From NCBI GenBank assembly GCA_041671645.1, contig JBAZBD010000001.1:173365-237364 (forward strand): 64,000 nt of DNA, written 5' to 3'. Positions 54,042 through 63,131 of the stretch are shown in pieces. A program made the position numbers and the translations under genes. This DNA comes from Patescibacteria group bacterium. GTDB taxonomy: Bacteria; Patescibacteriota; UBA1384; XYA2-FULL-43-10; 1-14-0-10-43-13. Position 1 is the stretch's first letter, and each line of letters begins with the position of its first letter. The notes below the pieces were generated by a model. The model did no database searches, was not told the origin of the DNA, and worked only from the letters and a program-made list of their open reading frames with translations.

Positions 54042-55163
54042 ATGTTGGGTCGGCTCTCAAGGGAGGAAATCATGCACAAATTTCTGTTATTGGCTGTACA
54101 GGTGACCCTCCGGATTATTCTAGGGATCATCCTGGGGATCTGGATAGTACTGTCCTCCATTGTCATGGGCGTGTACTACGCTCTGGAATACGCCTGGCGA
54201 AAGCTCAGCGAAGTTCAAGGGCAATGGAACAAGGCGGTTTCGCTCGGCGCCTACCTGGCTCCGATTTTGATCGTCTTGGCACTCGTTCTGTGGTGGCCTC
54301 AAAAAAAGGTCCACCGCGTCACCCCGTCTCCACGCTCTGCCCCGACTGCCAAAGCGCCGATCCAGGCGCCAACTCCTGATCAGGTAATCATCCCTGACGT
54401 TCCGCAGCCCAATATGCCGATCAAGTCAACGGGAAGCGGAAGCCTTTCAAACGTTCTGGTTATCCTTGACCCGGGTCACGGTGGCAACACCCCCTGGGAT
54501 GGGGTAGACCCGGGCTGCTACTGGCAGTTCAACGGCCAGGAGTATTATGAGGCGGCGTACACATATCGCATGGCCAAGGAGCTTGGCGATATGGTCCGTG
54601 CCGAAGGCGGCGATGTTGCTTACACGGCTTGGTCTCCGACCATGGAGGTGTCGACCTCGCCGCGCGTGGCGATGCCTTTGCCTGTTACTCCGCTTCTCCC
54701 GAACGGTGTGAAACTGACCAACAACGGGACAGGCCTCACGGCTCGTGCTGACGCGGCGAACGCTCTGTACCAGGCTCACAAGGCCAAGTACAGGGGCGTC
54801 TTCTTCCTCTCGCTGCATATCGACAGTATGGGCGAAGGTTGGGACGGGTTGCATGTCTGCTACGATCGACATGCGTCCGAGATGCCGCGCTTGGCTGAGC
54901 TGATCTCGCAAGGGATCAACGAGGGCCGGTATGGCCGACGCTATAAGGGTGTCGCCAAAGAGATAGTCGAAGCTCGTGGCCTCGCAGTGCTGAATCGGAA
55001 TCATAATCCGTTGAAGCACCGAGTGTTGATCGAGCTTGGGATCCCCGGTGATCCCAATGATTCGTGGCGCCTCAGAAATGAGGGCAACCGCCGGAAAATG
55101 CTGGAAAAAGTGGCTCTGCGGCCGCTACTCCAGCTTGCCGAGGAGGTGAAAAAAAGAAAGTGA
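54042..55163 (+). CDS. N-acetylmuramoyl-L-alanine amidase (Amidase_3 family) with an N-terminal TM anchor
   Basis: LVILDPGHGGNTPWDGVDPG and LSLHIDS match Amidase_3. The TM segment is LGIILGIWIVLSSIVMGVYYAL. Confidence 0.75.
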   Translation: MLGRLSREEIMHKFLLLAVQVTLRIILGIILGIWIVLSSIVMGVYYALEYAWRKLSEVQGQWNKAVSLGAYLAPILIVLALVLWWPQKKVHRVTPSPRSAPTAKAPIQAPTPDQVIIPDVPQPNMPIKSTGSGSLSNVLVILDPGHGGNTPWDGVDPGCYWQFNGQEYYEAAYTYRMAKELGDMVRAEGGDVAYTAWSPTMEVSTSPRVAMPLPVTPLLPNGVKLTNNGTGLTARADAANALYQAHKAKYRGVFFLSLHIDSMGEGWDGLHVCYDRHASEMPRLAELISQGINEGRYGRRYKGVAKEIVEARGLAVLNRNHNPLKHRVLIELGIPGDPNDSWRLRNEGNRRKMLEKVALRPLLQLAEEVKKRK

Positions 55164-55273
55164 GGGGGAACTGGCTAGTACCAATTGGTGCTAGCCTTTT
55201 CTCGTTTATGGGGGGATGTTGACATAAATTTGGCATCTGATAAGATTTACTGACACCGAAGGGGGGTGCAAAA

Positions 55274-55582
55274 ATGCAAGCAATCAGCGCACACTGGCTG
55301 ATCTGGCTGATCGGTTTTATCGTTTTTTCGGTACTTTGGCTTTTATGCTATTGCATGAAACTAGTACCGCTGTCGACCAAAGAGCAGATGATGTATGGAA
55401 TTAGTTCGGCCGGGGACTACTGTTTGATCGTAATCCTTCGGACCGTATCTCTACTCCTTGGCATCACCTGCCTCGTACTTCTGATTCTGGCTTTGATACA
55501 TGGAGCCAATTGGCTCGGAGCTGGATGTCTCGCACTTCATATCCTGGCCTTAGTATATGGCGCCAAGAGGTTCCTATACTAA
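55274..55582 (+). CDS. Small membrane protein (102 aa)
   Basis: The RBS is aagggggg. It has 3 TM helices. Confidence 0.5.
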   Translation: MQAISAHWLIWLIGFIVFSVLWLLCYCMKLVPLSTKEQMMYGISSAGDYCLIVILRTVSLLLGITCLVLLILALIHGANWLGAGCLALHILALVYGAKRFLY

Positions 55583-55635
55583 AAGAACAGGTGCTTGCCC
55601 AGATCGGGCGGGCACTCTGCGGGCAAAAAATGATC

Positions 55636-55665
55636 GCCCCCACTTGTTGAGGGCTTTTTTGTTGC
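55636..55665 (+). terminator. Rho-independent terminator
   Basis: The stem gccccca-cttgt-tgagggc is followed by TTTTTT. Confidence 0.55.
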
Positions 55666-55741
55666 CAAATTTCAGGCATTATTGACAGGTATTTCGAGAA
55701 ATGTTACATTACTTGTTACAGTAAACTAGCGAGACAATATT

Positions 55742-55954
55742 ATGAAAACTATTTCTACAAATGAACTTCAGGATCAGATTTCCAAGGTGATTAAGGAAGT
55801 CGAAGGCGGGGAAGTCTATCAAATCAGCCGATACTCCAAGTCGGTCGCTTATTTGGTGTCCAAACCAGAGTTTGAAAAATTAATTACTGGTAGCGAATGC
55901 AAAGAGTGTATGAAGGACATGCGGAAGATAGCAAAGAAAATTTCTAATTCTTAA
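55742..55954 (+). CDS. Phd/YefM-family type II antitoxin-like protein (orphan)
   Basis: MKTISTNELQDQISKVIKEVEGGEVYQISRYSKSVAYLVS matches the Phd/YefM N-terminus. No toxin ORF follows. Confidence 0.55.
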   Translation: MKTISTNELQDQISKVIKEVEGGEVYQISRYSKSVAYLVSKPEFEKLITGSECKECMKDMRKIAKKISNS

Positions 55955-56034
55955 TTAATAATTTCTAATCAATTACTAATTTTAAATTTCTAATTAATAA
56001 TTGAATAAAAATTAAGAACTAAAAACTAATAATT
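55938..56034. repeat. AT-rich ttctaatt-family intergenic element upstream of iscS
   Basis: aaaatttctaattcttaattaataatttctaatcaattactaattttaaatttctaattaataatt. Confidence 0.65.
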
Positions 56035-57264
56035 ATGGAAAATATTTACTTAGACAATGCGGCGACCACCAAACCTGATCAGAAGGTGATTGAGGCGATG
56101 AGTCGAGTCTCGGAGGAGGCATGGGGCAATCCATCTTCGATTCACTCTGTCGGCCAGGAGGCGGCCCTTGAGGTTGATAACGGTCGAGAGACCGTAGCTA
56201 AGTTTTTGGGTTGCGACGCTACCGAGGTGATATTTACCTCTGGCGGATCGGAAAGCGATAACCTCGCTTTGCGAGGGTTAGTCGGAAGTCTGAGGGCAGA
56301 AGCTGGAAGCATTTCCTCAAACCTCAAACCTCAAGCCACTAACACATTACCTCATATCATCACTGGTGCAGGTGAGCATCACGCCGTCCTCCACACTGTA
56401 CAAGAGCTCGAGAAGGAGGGTTTGATCGAGGCGACCTACCTCAATCCTGATGCGAATGGTTTAATTACTCCAGAACACGTCATCGAGGCGATCAGAGACA
56501 ATACGATTTTGGTCAGTTTGATGTACGTAAACAATGAGACAGGCGTCGTCACGCCGATTGCCGAGATCGGCAAAAGACTTTTAACTTTCAACTTTGAACT
56601 TTCAACTCGAAATAAATCCGCGAAGCGAATTTATTTCCACACTGACGCAGTTCAAGCGGCCGAATGGCTAGATATGAATGTCCAAGATTTGGGCGTTGAT
56701 TTACTCACTTTTACATCTCACAAGATCCATGGTCCAAAGGGCATTGGAGTATTGTACGCGAAAAAGGGTACGCCGATTAAACATCAAATTAGCGGTGGAG
56801 ACCAAGAGTTTCGGCTGAGAGCTGGAACGGAAAATGTCGCTTCAATCGCTGGGATCGCACAGGCGATCACAAATATCGAGCGAGGAGCGGCCGATAGAGT
56901 TCAAACGTTGCGCGATAGACTAATCGACGGAGTTGTGAAGAATATTTCTGATGCGATCGTGAACGGTGGCAAGGCACCACGATCTCCTCATATCGCCAAT
57001 ATCTCTTTCTTGAACGCCGAAGGCGAAGCAATTATATTGAATCTCGATTTCTTGGGTATCCAAGTCTCTTCAGGCAGTGCTTGCACATCGAGATCGCTCA
57101 ACCCAAGTCACGTGTTGTCCTCGATGGGAGTCCCGCCCGAGAAGGCACATGGCTCGATTCGCTTCTCCTTAAGTCGTGAGACTACCGCAGAAGAGATTGA
57201 TAAGGTGATTGAAGTATTACCAGGAATTATTCTTAAACTGCGACAAATGTCGCCATTTAAGTAA
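56035..57264 (+). CDS. iscS: Cysteine desulfurase (IscS/NifS)
   Basis: The PLP lysine motif SHKIHGPKGIGVLY and the active-site SSGSACTS are present. Confidence 0.9.
   Translation: MENIYLDNAATTKPDQKVIEAMSRVSEEAWGNPSSIHSVGQEAALEVDNGRETVAKFLGCDATEVIFTSGGSESDNLALRGLVGSLRAEAGSISSNLKPQATNTLPHIITGAGEHHAVLHTVQELEKEGLIEATYLNPDANGLITPEHVIEAIRDNTILVSLMYVNNETGVVTPIAEIGKRLLTFNFELSTRNKSAKRIYFHTDAVQAAEWLDMNVQDLGVDLLTFTSHKIHGPKGIGVLYAKKGTPIKHQISGGDQEFRLRAGTENVASIAGIAQAITNIERGAADRVQTLRDRLIDGVVKNISDAIVNGGKAPRSPHIANISFLNAEGEAIILNLDFLGIQVSSGSACTSRSLNPSHVLSSMGVPPEKAHGSIRFSLSRETTAEEIDKVIEVLPGIILKLRQMSPFK
56578..56608. repeat. Heptanucleotide tandem repeat (ACTTTCA/ACTTTGA)x4, in frame in iscS
   Basis: cttttaactttcaactttgaactttcaactcg encodes LLTFNFELSTR. 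It is the reverse-complement unit of the repeat at 27936-27966. Confidence 0.8.
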
Positions 57265-57372
57265 TTTTACGATTGATCATTACCCATTTTCCATTAATTT
57301 CCCATTGATCAATTCGAAAATGAACAATTAATGAGTAATGAAAAATGATAAATATTTTACGGAGTAAATCTT

Positions 57373-57759
57373 ATGCAGCAATATAGCAAACAAGTTATGG
57401 ATCATTTCAATAATCCGAGAAATGTCGGCGAGATCAAGGACGCCGATGGTATCGGCGAAGTTGGCAATATGAAGTGTGGCGACGTCATGTATATCTACAT
57501 CAAAGTCGGTAAACATGACGGCAAGGAGTATGTCGACGATATCAAGTTCAAAACGCTTGGTTGTGCTGCCGCGATTGCTTCTTCGAGCATGATGACTGAA
57601 TTGGTCAAGGGCAAGTCACTCGATGAGGCGGCCAAGATCTCTCGCGATGATATCAATGAAGCGCTTGGCATATTGCCACAACAAAAATATCATTGTTCGA
57701 TATTGTCCGCCGATGGAATTCACAGGGCAGTAGAAAATTATAAAAGTAAAAATAAATAG
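57373..57759 (+). CDS. iscU: Fe-S cluster assembly scaffold IscU/NifU-like
   Basis: NPRNVGEIKDADGIGEVGNMKCGDVMYIYIKV...KTLGCAAAIASSSMMTELVKGKSLDEA. Confidence 0.9.
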   Translation: MQQYSKQVMDHFNNPRNVGEIKDADGIGEVGNMKCGDVMYIYIKVGKHDGKEYVDDIKFKTLGCAAAIASSSMMTELVKGKSLDEAAKISRDDINEALGILPQQKYHCSILSADGIHRAVENYKSKNK

Positions 57760-58554
57760 GTGAAAGATATGTTTGACGGCAAACAAATTAGAGAAGAGAT
57801 ATTGAAAGAGCTAGCAGACAAGATTGTGCTCATGGACCCCAAGCCTATATTGGCTGAGATTGTTGTTGGCGAAGATCCAGTGGTTCTCAAGTACGCAGAG
57901 CTCAAGAAAAATTTGGCCGAAAAAGTTGGTATTACTTTCAATATTTATCAATTCGAATCAGATGCTCCAGAGGAAGAAATCCTAGAGTGTATCGAATTTC
58001 TAAATGATGACTTTGAAACAAATGGAATTATGATTCAAATTCCAATGCCAAAGTCCTTTGATCGTGCCAAACTTATCACGGCGATCAGCCCAGCCAAAGA
58101 TGTCGATGGCTTGCGCTATTGCCAGGGATTGGATTCGGATTTCCGACCGCCTGTTGCGGAAGCGATTCTAGAAGCTCTGAAGCGATCAGAGAAGGATTTG
58201 AAGACGAGTCAGATCGCTCTGATCGGTCATGGATTTCTCGTTGGCAAACCCCTAGAGAAGGCGTTAAAAGATTTAGATATTCAGGTCAGCGTTTTCGAAA
58301 GTGGCTCATCAATCGCAAAACTGGACAAATTTGATATTGTTATCTCCGCTACTGGCAAGGCCGGCATCATCAAGCCAGAGATGGTGTCAGATGACGTCGT
58401 CCTGATTGATGCTGGAACGGCTGAAGAAAACGGCGAACTCAAGGGCGATATCGATCCTGAAACATACAAAAAGGCCTTGTACTATACACCTGTCCCGGGC
58501 GGCATCGGCCCAGTCACAGTGGCGATGCTATTTCGCAATTTAGTTTCAAAATAA
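57760..58554 (+). CDS. folD: Bifunctional methylenetetrahydrofolate dehydrogenase/cyclohydrolase
   Basis: LIGHGFLVGKPL, ISATGKAGIIKPEMV and YYTPVPGGIGPVTVAMLFRN match FolD. Confidence 0.85.
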   Translation: MKDMFDGKQIREEILKELADKIVLMDPKPILAEIVVGEDPVVLKYAELKKNLAEKVGITFNIYQFESDAPEEEILECIEFLNDDFETNGIMIQIPMPKSFDRAKLITAISPAKDVDGLRYCQGLDSDFRPPVAEAILEALKRSEKDLKTSQIALIGHGFLVGKPLEKALKDLDIQVSVFESGSSIAKLDKFDIVISATGKAGIIKPEMVSDDVVLIDAGTAEENGELKGDIDPETYKKALYYTPVPGGIGPVTVAMLFRNLVSK

Positions 58555-58560
58555 TGTACT

Positions 58561-58592
58561 AAAAAAGGCTTAGCGAGTGCTAAGCCTTAGCT
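58561..58592. terminator. Bidirectional terminator between folD (+) and the small-protein operon (-)
   Basis: The stem aaggcttagc-gagt-gctaagcctt is flanked by an A-run and a T-run. Confidence 0.7.
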
Positions 58593-58596
58593 TATT

Positions 58597-58746
58597 CTAC
58601 CAGTCTTCGTGACCAGGTGGGTCTTTAACGAACCCATAGTTCACGCATCCAGTCGGTAGCTTTTCTTTTGCGGCGGGTTTATCCGCCTTCTTTTGTTTGG
58701 CTTGGGCAGAGTTTGTGCCGGTAGCCCCGGCATTTTTGGCTTTGCG
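58597..58746 (-). CDS. Small basic Lys/Ala-rich protein (50 aa); the ORF frame extends to 58797
   Basis: The RBS aaggagggg is 4 nt before the ATG at 58746. Confidence 0.4.
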   Translation of the reverse strand, partial: RKAKNAGATGTNSAQAKQKKADKPAAKEKLPTGCVNYGFVKDPPGHEDW

Positions 58747-58765
58747 CATTTCCCCTCCTTTACGG

Positions 58766-59008
58766 CTAATAGCCGTTGCGGGCGGCATAGCATCCAAGGA
58801 TCAGGAAGACGGCTGCTGTAGCAACCCACATCTTCATGAGTAGGTATGGGTCCAGTTTATCAAGCCAGCTTGGCTTGGGCGTAGGCCATCGTGGGTCATT
58901 CTTGGCCAGCGAGATTATCTCGTTTCTCCTGCAGACGATGCCAAGTGTGACCGTCAGAATCCCTACGAGCATCAGTGCAACCCATGTTGCGGTTACAATC
59001 AGAATCAT
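58766..59008 (-). CDS. Small membrane protein (80 aa, 2 TM)
   Basis: The RBS aggagg precedes the ATG. Confidence 0.5.
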   Translation of the reverse strand: MILIVTATWVALMLVGILTVTLGIVCRRNEIISLAKNDPRWPTPKPSWLDKLDPYLLMKMWVATAAVFLILGCYAARNGY

Positions 59009-59017
59009 TTTTTCCTC

Positions 59018-59386
59018 CTATCCCCGTGGGAACATTTCTTTTCCTGCAAAAACCATGCAGAAGAAGAGGGCCGCCGTGGCGATTATCCCGCCCCAGAAGA
59101 TTAAACTCTTGGGCATTTTTTGGCTTCGAGTATCTTTTTGAGATAGATAGCCGCCAAGGAAAATGGCCACGACTGACGTAATTGCGAGTTCGGTAATTGG
59201 CATACCTCTCTCGCAGATCCAGATAAAAGCCTGGATCGTAACTCCCGAAATGACTGCGCAGTATGACCACCAGAAGACGGCTTTGGCACCGTAACTGCCT
59301 TTCTGGCAAAATAACTTGCCGGAAATCATAATGCACAAGCCCGCAACAGCAATTGCTGCCGGGACGTAGAAAATTAATGCTCTCAT
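59018..59386 (-). CDS. Small membrane protein (122 aa, 4 TM)
   Basis: The RBS gggaggg precedes the ATG. Confidence 0.5.
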   Translation of the reverse strand: MRALIFYVPAAIAVAGLCIMISGKLFCQKGSYGAKAVFWWSYCAVISGVTIQAFIWICERGMPITELAITSVVAIFLGGYLSQKDTRSQKMPKSLIFWGGIIATAALFFCMVFAGKEMFPRG

Positions 59387-59421
59387 CAGTGCCCTCCCGT
59401 GTATGAGATACTTAGTTTTCT

Positions 59422-59625
59422 TCAGAAGTGAATGTCGCCACCCGCTCCGCCATGGTTACTCGGACTGTGCATCTGTTCATGTGCCAGCTCGCCAACAAGT
59501 AATATCCACCCGATAAAAGCGAGGTAAAAGCCCAGTTCACCAATTTTTGACTTTTTCCCTCGGGTGCAGAACGCAATGATTATTCCGATGGCCAGCATCG
59601 GAAGGCTGATGTACCATATAGGCAT
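59422..59625 (-). CDS. Small membrane protein (67 aa, 2 TM); the ORF frame extends to 59826
   Basis: The RBS aaggggg precedes the ATG at 59625. Confidence 0.45.
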   Translation of the reverse strand: MPIWYISLPMLAIGIIIAFCTRGKKSKIGELGFYLAFIGWILLVGELAHEQMHSPSNHGGAGGDIHF

Positions 59626-59635
59626 AAGAACCCCC

Positions 59636-59833
59636 TTATTCTTCCACGCTGTCCGGAATATGCCGGAATCCGCCACAAATGTGGCATAAGATTGTCTGCC
59701 GTTTGCAACGGCTGCAGAAATTGCCGACTTCGCTTGGCACGACTGCTTCACAATCAGACATGTACTTTGCCTGTGTCGCGGCAATGTCGGGACACGTACA
59801 TGCGAAAGGTTTCTTTTCGGGCTCATCTTTCAT
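59636..59833 (-). CDS. Cys-rich zinc-ribbon-like small protein (65 aa); the ORF frame extends to 59860
   Basis: MKDEPEKKPFACTCPD...CSRCKRQTILCHICGG. The RBS GGAGG is 8 nt before the ATG at 59833. Confidence 0.5.
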   Translation of the reverse strand: MKDEPEKKPFACTCPDIAATQAKYMSDCEAVVPSEVGNFCSRCKRQTILCHICGGFRHIPDSVEE

Positions 59834-59856
59834 ATCACAAGCCTCCCTTGACCGAA

Positions 59857-59885
59857 ACAATAAAATAAACTATGATGTTTGTCAA
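59857..59885 (-). promoter_or_regulatory. Sigma70-like promoter for the minus-strand small-protein operon
   Basis: Read on the minus strand: TTGACA, a 17-nt spacer, TATTGT. Confidence 0.5.
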
Positions 59886-59902
59886 TAGTAAACCAAGCAA
59901 AA

Positions 59903-61000
59903 ATGGCAAAAGAAAACGAAAAAAAGAAAATTAAGGTAGCAATTGGAATGTCCGGTGGAGTTGACTCTTCCGTCGCGGCCATGCTTCTCAAAGAGCAGGG
60001 CTTCGAAGTGGTCGGCCTTTTTTTGAAGCTCTGGAGCGATGAGAGCTGCGCTATATCTCGCGAAAATGCCTGTTGCGATGAGAAAGCCTTGGCTGACGCG
60101 CGCAAGGTGGCGGCGGAGCTCGAAATACCATTTTACGTTGTTGACGCCAGGGAAAAATTCAAGAAAGATATTGTTGATTATTATCTGGATGAATATCGGG
60201 CTCTGCGTACTCCAAATCCCTGCGTTCTTTGCAATAAGAAGATCAAGTTTGGCTGGATGCTCGAATTTGCAGAGCAGATCGGTTGCGAAAAAGTTGCGAC
60301 TGGACATTATTCGAGAATCGAAAAGACAGACCATTACAGATTATTCCGAGGCAAAGATAAGAACAAAGACCAAAGTTACTTTCTCTGGCAATTGGGCCAG
60401 GAGCAATTGTCTAAAATCATTTTTCCGCTCGGTGAAATGACCAAAGATCGGGTTCGTGCCTTGGCCAAGGAGAAAAATTTGCCAGTCTACGAAAAGGTCG
60501 AGAGCCAGGAGATATGTTTCGTGGCAGACGATTATCGAGAATTTCTGAAGCGTCATTTACCTCCAGAATATTTTGAATCTGGACGGATTGTCGACCAAAA
60601 GGGATATACAGTTGGTCAGCATGAGGGCTTGGTCAATTATACGATTGGACAACGAAAGGGCATTAGCCAATCAGCAAGTCAGCTAGCCAGCGAGTCAGTA
60701 AATAGACAACCGCTTTATGTTGTTGGGTTTAACTTGGAGAAGAATGAATTGATCGTGGGCGAAAATGCAGACACTTCACGAAGTGAAATGATTGTGGCTG
60801 ATGCATACATCAACAAGTTTGAAGACGTTAAGGTCAAGATTCGATATAGGGCCGAAGCTGTGACCTGCACTGTAAAATCCCTTATTCCTAATTCCTCATT
60901 CCTTATTCAATTTGAAACTCCTCAGCGCGCTGTGACACCTGGGCAATCGGCCGTGTTCTACTGCGGCGACGAAGTCGTTGGCGGGGGAATCATTCGATAA
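59903..61000 (+). CDS. mnmA: tRNA-specific 2-thiouridylase; the ORF could extend to 59879
   Basis: The PP-loop is KVAIGMSGGVDSSVAAMLL, and the catalytic Cys region is CNKKIKFGWMLE. Confidence 0.9.
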   Translation: MAKENEKKKIKVAIGMSGGVDSSVAAMLLKEQGFEVVGLFLKLWSDESCAISRENACCDEKALADARKVAAELEIPFYVVDAREKFKKDIVDYYLDEYRALRTPNPCVLCNKKIKFGWMLEFAEQIGCEKVATGHYSRIEKTDHYRLFRGKDKNKDQSYFLWQLGQEQLSKIIFPLGEMTKDRVRALAKEKNLPVYEKVESQEICFVADDYREFLKRHLPPEYFESGRIVDQKGYTVGQHEGLVNYTIGQRKGISQSASQLASESVNRQPLYVVGFNLEKNELIVGENADTSRSEMIVADAYINKFEDVKVKIRYRAEAVTCTVKSLIPNSSFLIQFETPQRAVTPGQSAVFYCGDEVVGGGIIR

Positions 61001-61001
61001 A

Positions 61002-61049
61002 CCCCTTCTAACTTCCCCTTCTAACTTCCCCTTCTAAAGGGGAAGAACC
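61002..61049. repeat. 13-mer tandem repeat (ccccttctaactt)x2.5 ending in the hairpin CTTCCCC-ttctaaa-GGGGAAG
   Basis: ccccttctaacttccccttctaacttccccttctaaaggggaag. Confidence 0.7.
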
Positions 61050-61068
61050 ATGGCTATAATAGCAACAG

Positions 61069-63114
61069 ATGGAAAAACTCGATTTTCAAACAAAGATTAT
61101 ATATTTGCCCTCAGTTGGGATCAAAGGCGCCAAGAAATTTGAGCGGCTTGGACTTTTCTCGATCTCAGATTTAATTTACTATTTTCCACGACGTTATGAG
61201 GATTACACTAGAATCTCCAAGATCTCAAATATTGCGGCAGAGCTAGCCGATGATTGGCAAAATAACAACAATTTTACGGTCAAAGGTCAGATATTAGCAA
61301 TTGCCAACAAAAAGACGCGGAGGCGCGGTTTTACGGTCACGGAGGCGGTGGTAGATGACGAGTCGGCTAGTCTAAAAGTGGTTTGGTTCAATCAACCTTA
61401 CTTGGCCAAAATGTTGCACAACGGTAGCTTCGTCATATTGAACGGCAAGGTTAATTTTGATCGTTTTTCTGGCGGATACGCCATGGAGTCGCCGGTCAGG
61501 GTAGACCGACCGAGAATCGCTCCAATTTACAGCGTCACTTCGGGTGTGACTAGTTTCTATATCGCCAAGTTGATCAACACAATTTTGCCCATTGCTGATG
61601 AAATCGAAGAGTATTTGCCGGCCGAAATTATTCAAAAATACGATTTGTTGCCGATCGGCGAGACTATTTCGAATATTCACAATCCAAAAGATAATATTTC
61701 TCTTGCCAAGGCCCAGGCGCGTCTGGCTTTTGATGAACTTTTCTTCATCTCTCTCCAATCTGCGATTGCCAAAGCGGAAAGAAGCGGCGAGAAGTCCTAT
61801 AAAATTGAAACTGACTTGGACGAATTGAAATCTGAGATTGCCAAATTGCCATTTGAATTAACTGGAGATCAGAAGAAGGCACTCTGGGAGATTGTCAAAG
61901 ATCTGGGTAACCCTCACCCGATGAGCCGACTGCTCAACGGAGATGTTGGGAGTGGCAAGACGATAGTAGCGGCTCTGGCGGCTTGGTCCGTCAAGCAAGC
62001 GGGCATGAAGTCGCTTCTGATGGTACCGACAGAGATTTTGGCAAATCAACATTTTGAGACACTCACGAAGCTATTTGGCGATGGCGTTGGGATTTTCACC
62101 TCATCGAAGAAAATGGCCAAAGATACAGATTGGATTATTGTCGGAACCCAGGCTTTGATCCAAAAGGGTGTTAGTTTTTCAGATATTGGACTGGTAATCG
62201 TTGACGAACAACATCGCTTCGGGGTTGATCAGAGAGCTGCTTTGCAGGGTAAATTAGAGGCAAAGAAGGAAGCAATGACGCCTCACTTCCTGAGTATGAC
62301 AGCCACGCCGATACCACGGACTTTGCACTTGGCACTCTTTGGCGATTTGGACTTGAGTATAATTCGTGAGAAACCAGCCAATCGTAAGGAGATCAAAACA
62401 CGTTTCGTCGAGCCGTTCAATCGAGATAAGGCCTATGAATTTATCAGAGCTCAGATTCGGGCTGGCCGCCAGGCCTTTGTTATCTGTCCGTTGATTGAGG
62501 AGAAGGAACGAGAAATCAAAGAGAATTTGTTTGAGGAGGATAGGAAGTCGGTAATTTCTGAGTTTGAGAAGCTAAAAACTATTTTTTCTGAGCTAGAAAT
62601 AGCAATGTTACACGGCAAGCTGAAAGCCAAAGAGAAGGATCAGATTATGTCCGAATTTGCTTCTGGCAAGACACAATTACTCGTCTCTACCTCGGTGATC
62701 GAGGTAGGAGTTGACGTGCCCAACGCGACCGTAATGATGATTGAGGACGCCGAAAGATTTGGTCTGGCTCAGATTCACCAATTTCGAGGACGAGTCGGTC
62801 GGGCAGAGCACCAATCTTTTTGCTTTCTATTTTCAAATTCTACGAGCGACAAAGCATTGACTCGATTAAAGGCACTTGAATCGACAACGGACGGCTTCAA
62901 GCTGGCCGAGATAGATTTGGAGACGAGGGGAGCGGGATCGATCTTCGGCACCAGCCAATCTGGCTTGATAGATCTCAGGATGGCTTCATATTCGGACTAC
63001 CATCTGATCCAGATGGCGAGTGAGGCGGCCAAGGAAACGGTCAACAAAATCAAAACTCTTCCAAAACTTGCCAAAAAGTTGGATAATTTTATCTATAACA
63101 AACATTTAGAGTAA
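61069..63114 (+). CDS. recG: ATP-dependent DNA helicase RecG
   Basis: LLNGDVGSGKTIVAALA, VIVDEQHRFG, SMTATPIPRTL and GRVGRAEHQSFC are present. Confidence 0.9.
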   Translation: MEKLDFQTKIIYLPSVGIKGAKKFERLGLFSISDLIYYFPRRYEDYTRISKISNIAAELADDWQNNNNFTVKGQILAIANKKTRRRGFTVTEAVVDDESASLKVVWFNQPYLAKMLHNGSFVILNGKVNFDRFSGGYAMESPVRVDRPRIAPIYSVTSGVTSFYIAKLINTILPIADEIEEYLPAEIIQKYDLLPIGETISNIHNPKDNISLAKAQARLAFDELFFISLQSAIAKAERSGEKSYKIETDLDELKSEIAKLPFELTGDQKKALWEIVKDLGNPHPMSRLLNGDVGSGKTIVAALAAWSVKQAGMKSLLMVPTEILANQHFETLTKLFGDGVGIFTSSKKMAKDTDWIIVGTQALIQKGVSFSDIGLVIVDEQHRFGVDQRAALQGKLEAKKEAMTPHFLSMTATPIPRTLHLALFGDLDLSIIREKPANRKEIKTRFVEPFNRDKAYEFIRAQIRAGRQAFVICPLIEEKEREIKENLFEEDRKSVISEFEKLKTIFSELEIAMLHGKLKAKEKDQIMSEFASGKTQLLVSTSVIEVGVDVPNATVMMIEDAERFGLAQIHQFRGRVGRAEHQSFCFLFSNSTSDKALTRLKALESTTDGFKLAEIDLETRGAGSIFGTSQSGLIDLRMASYSDYHLIQMASEAAKETVNKIKTLPKLAKKLDNFIYNKHLE

Positions 63115-63131
63115 ATTTCTCTGGGAAATCT

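Noticed and set aside
1888-56608. Heptamer arrays as a CRISPR array
   Set aside because: The units are 7 nt, directly tandem, have no spacers, and sit inside coding sequences. They are not CRISPR.
59679-59888. + strand 69-aa ORF in the divergent promoter region
   Set aside because: It overlaps the RBS-supported minus-strand Zn-ribbon gene and the mnmA promoter. It is likely spurious.
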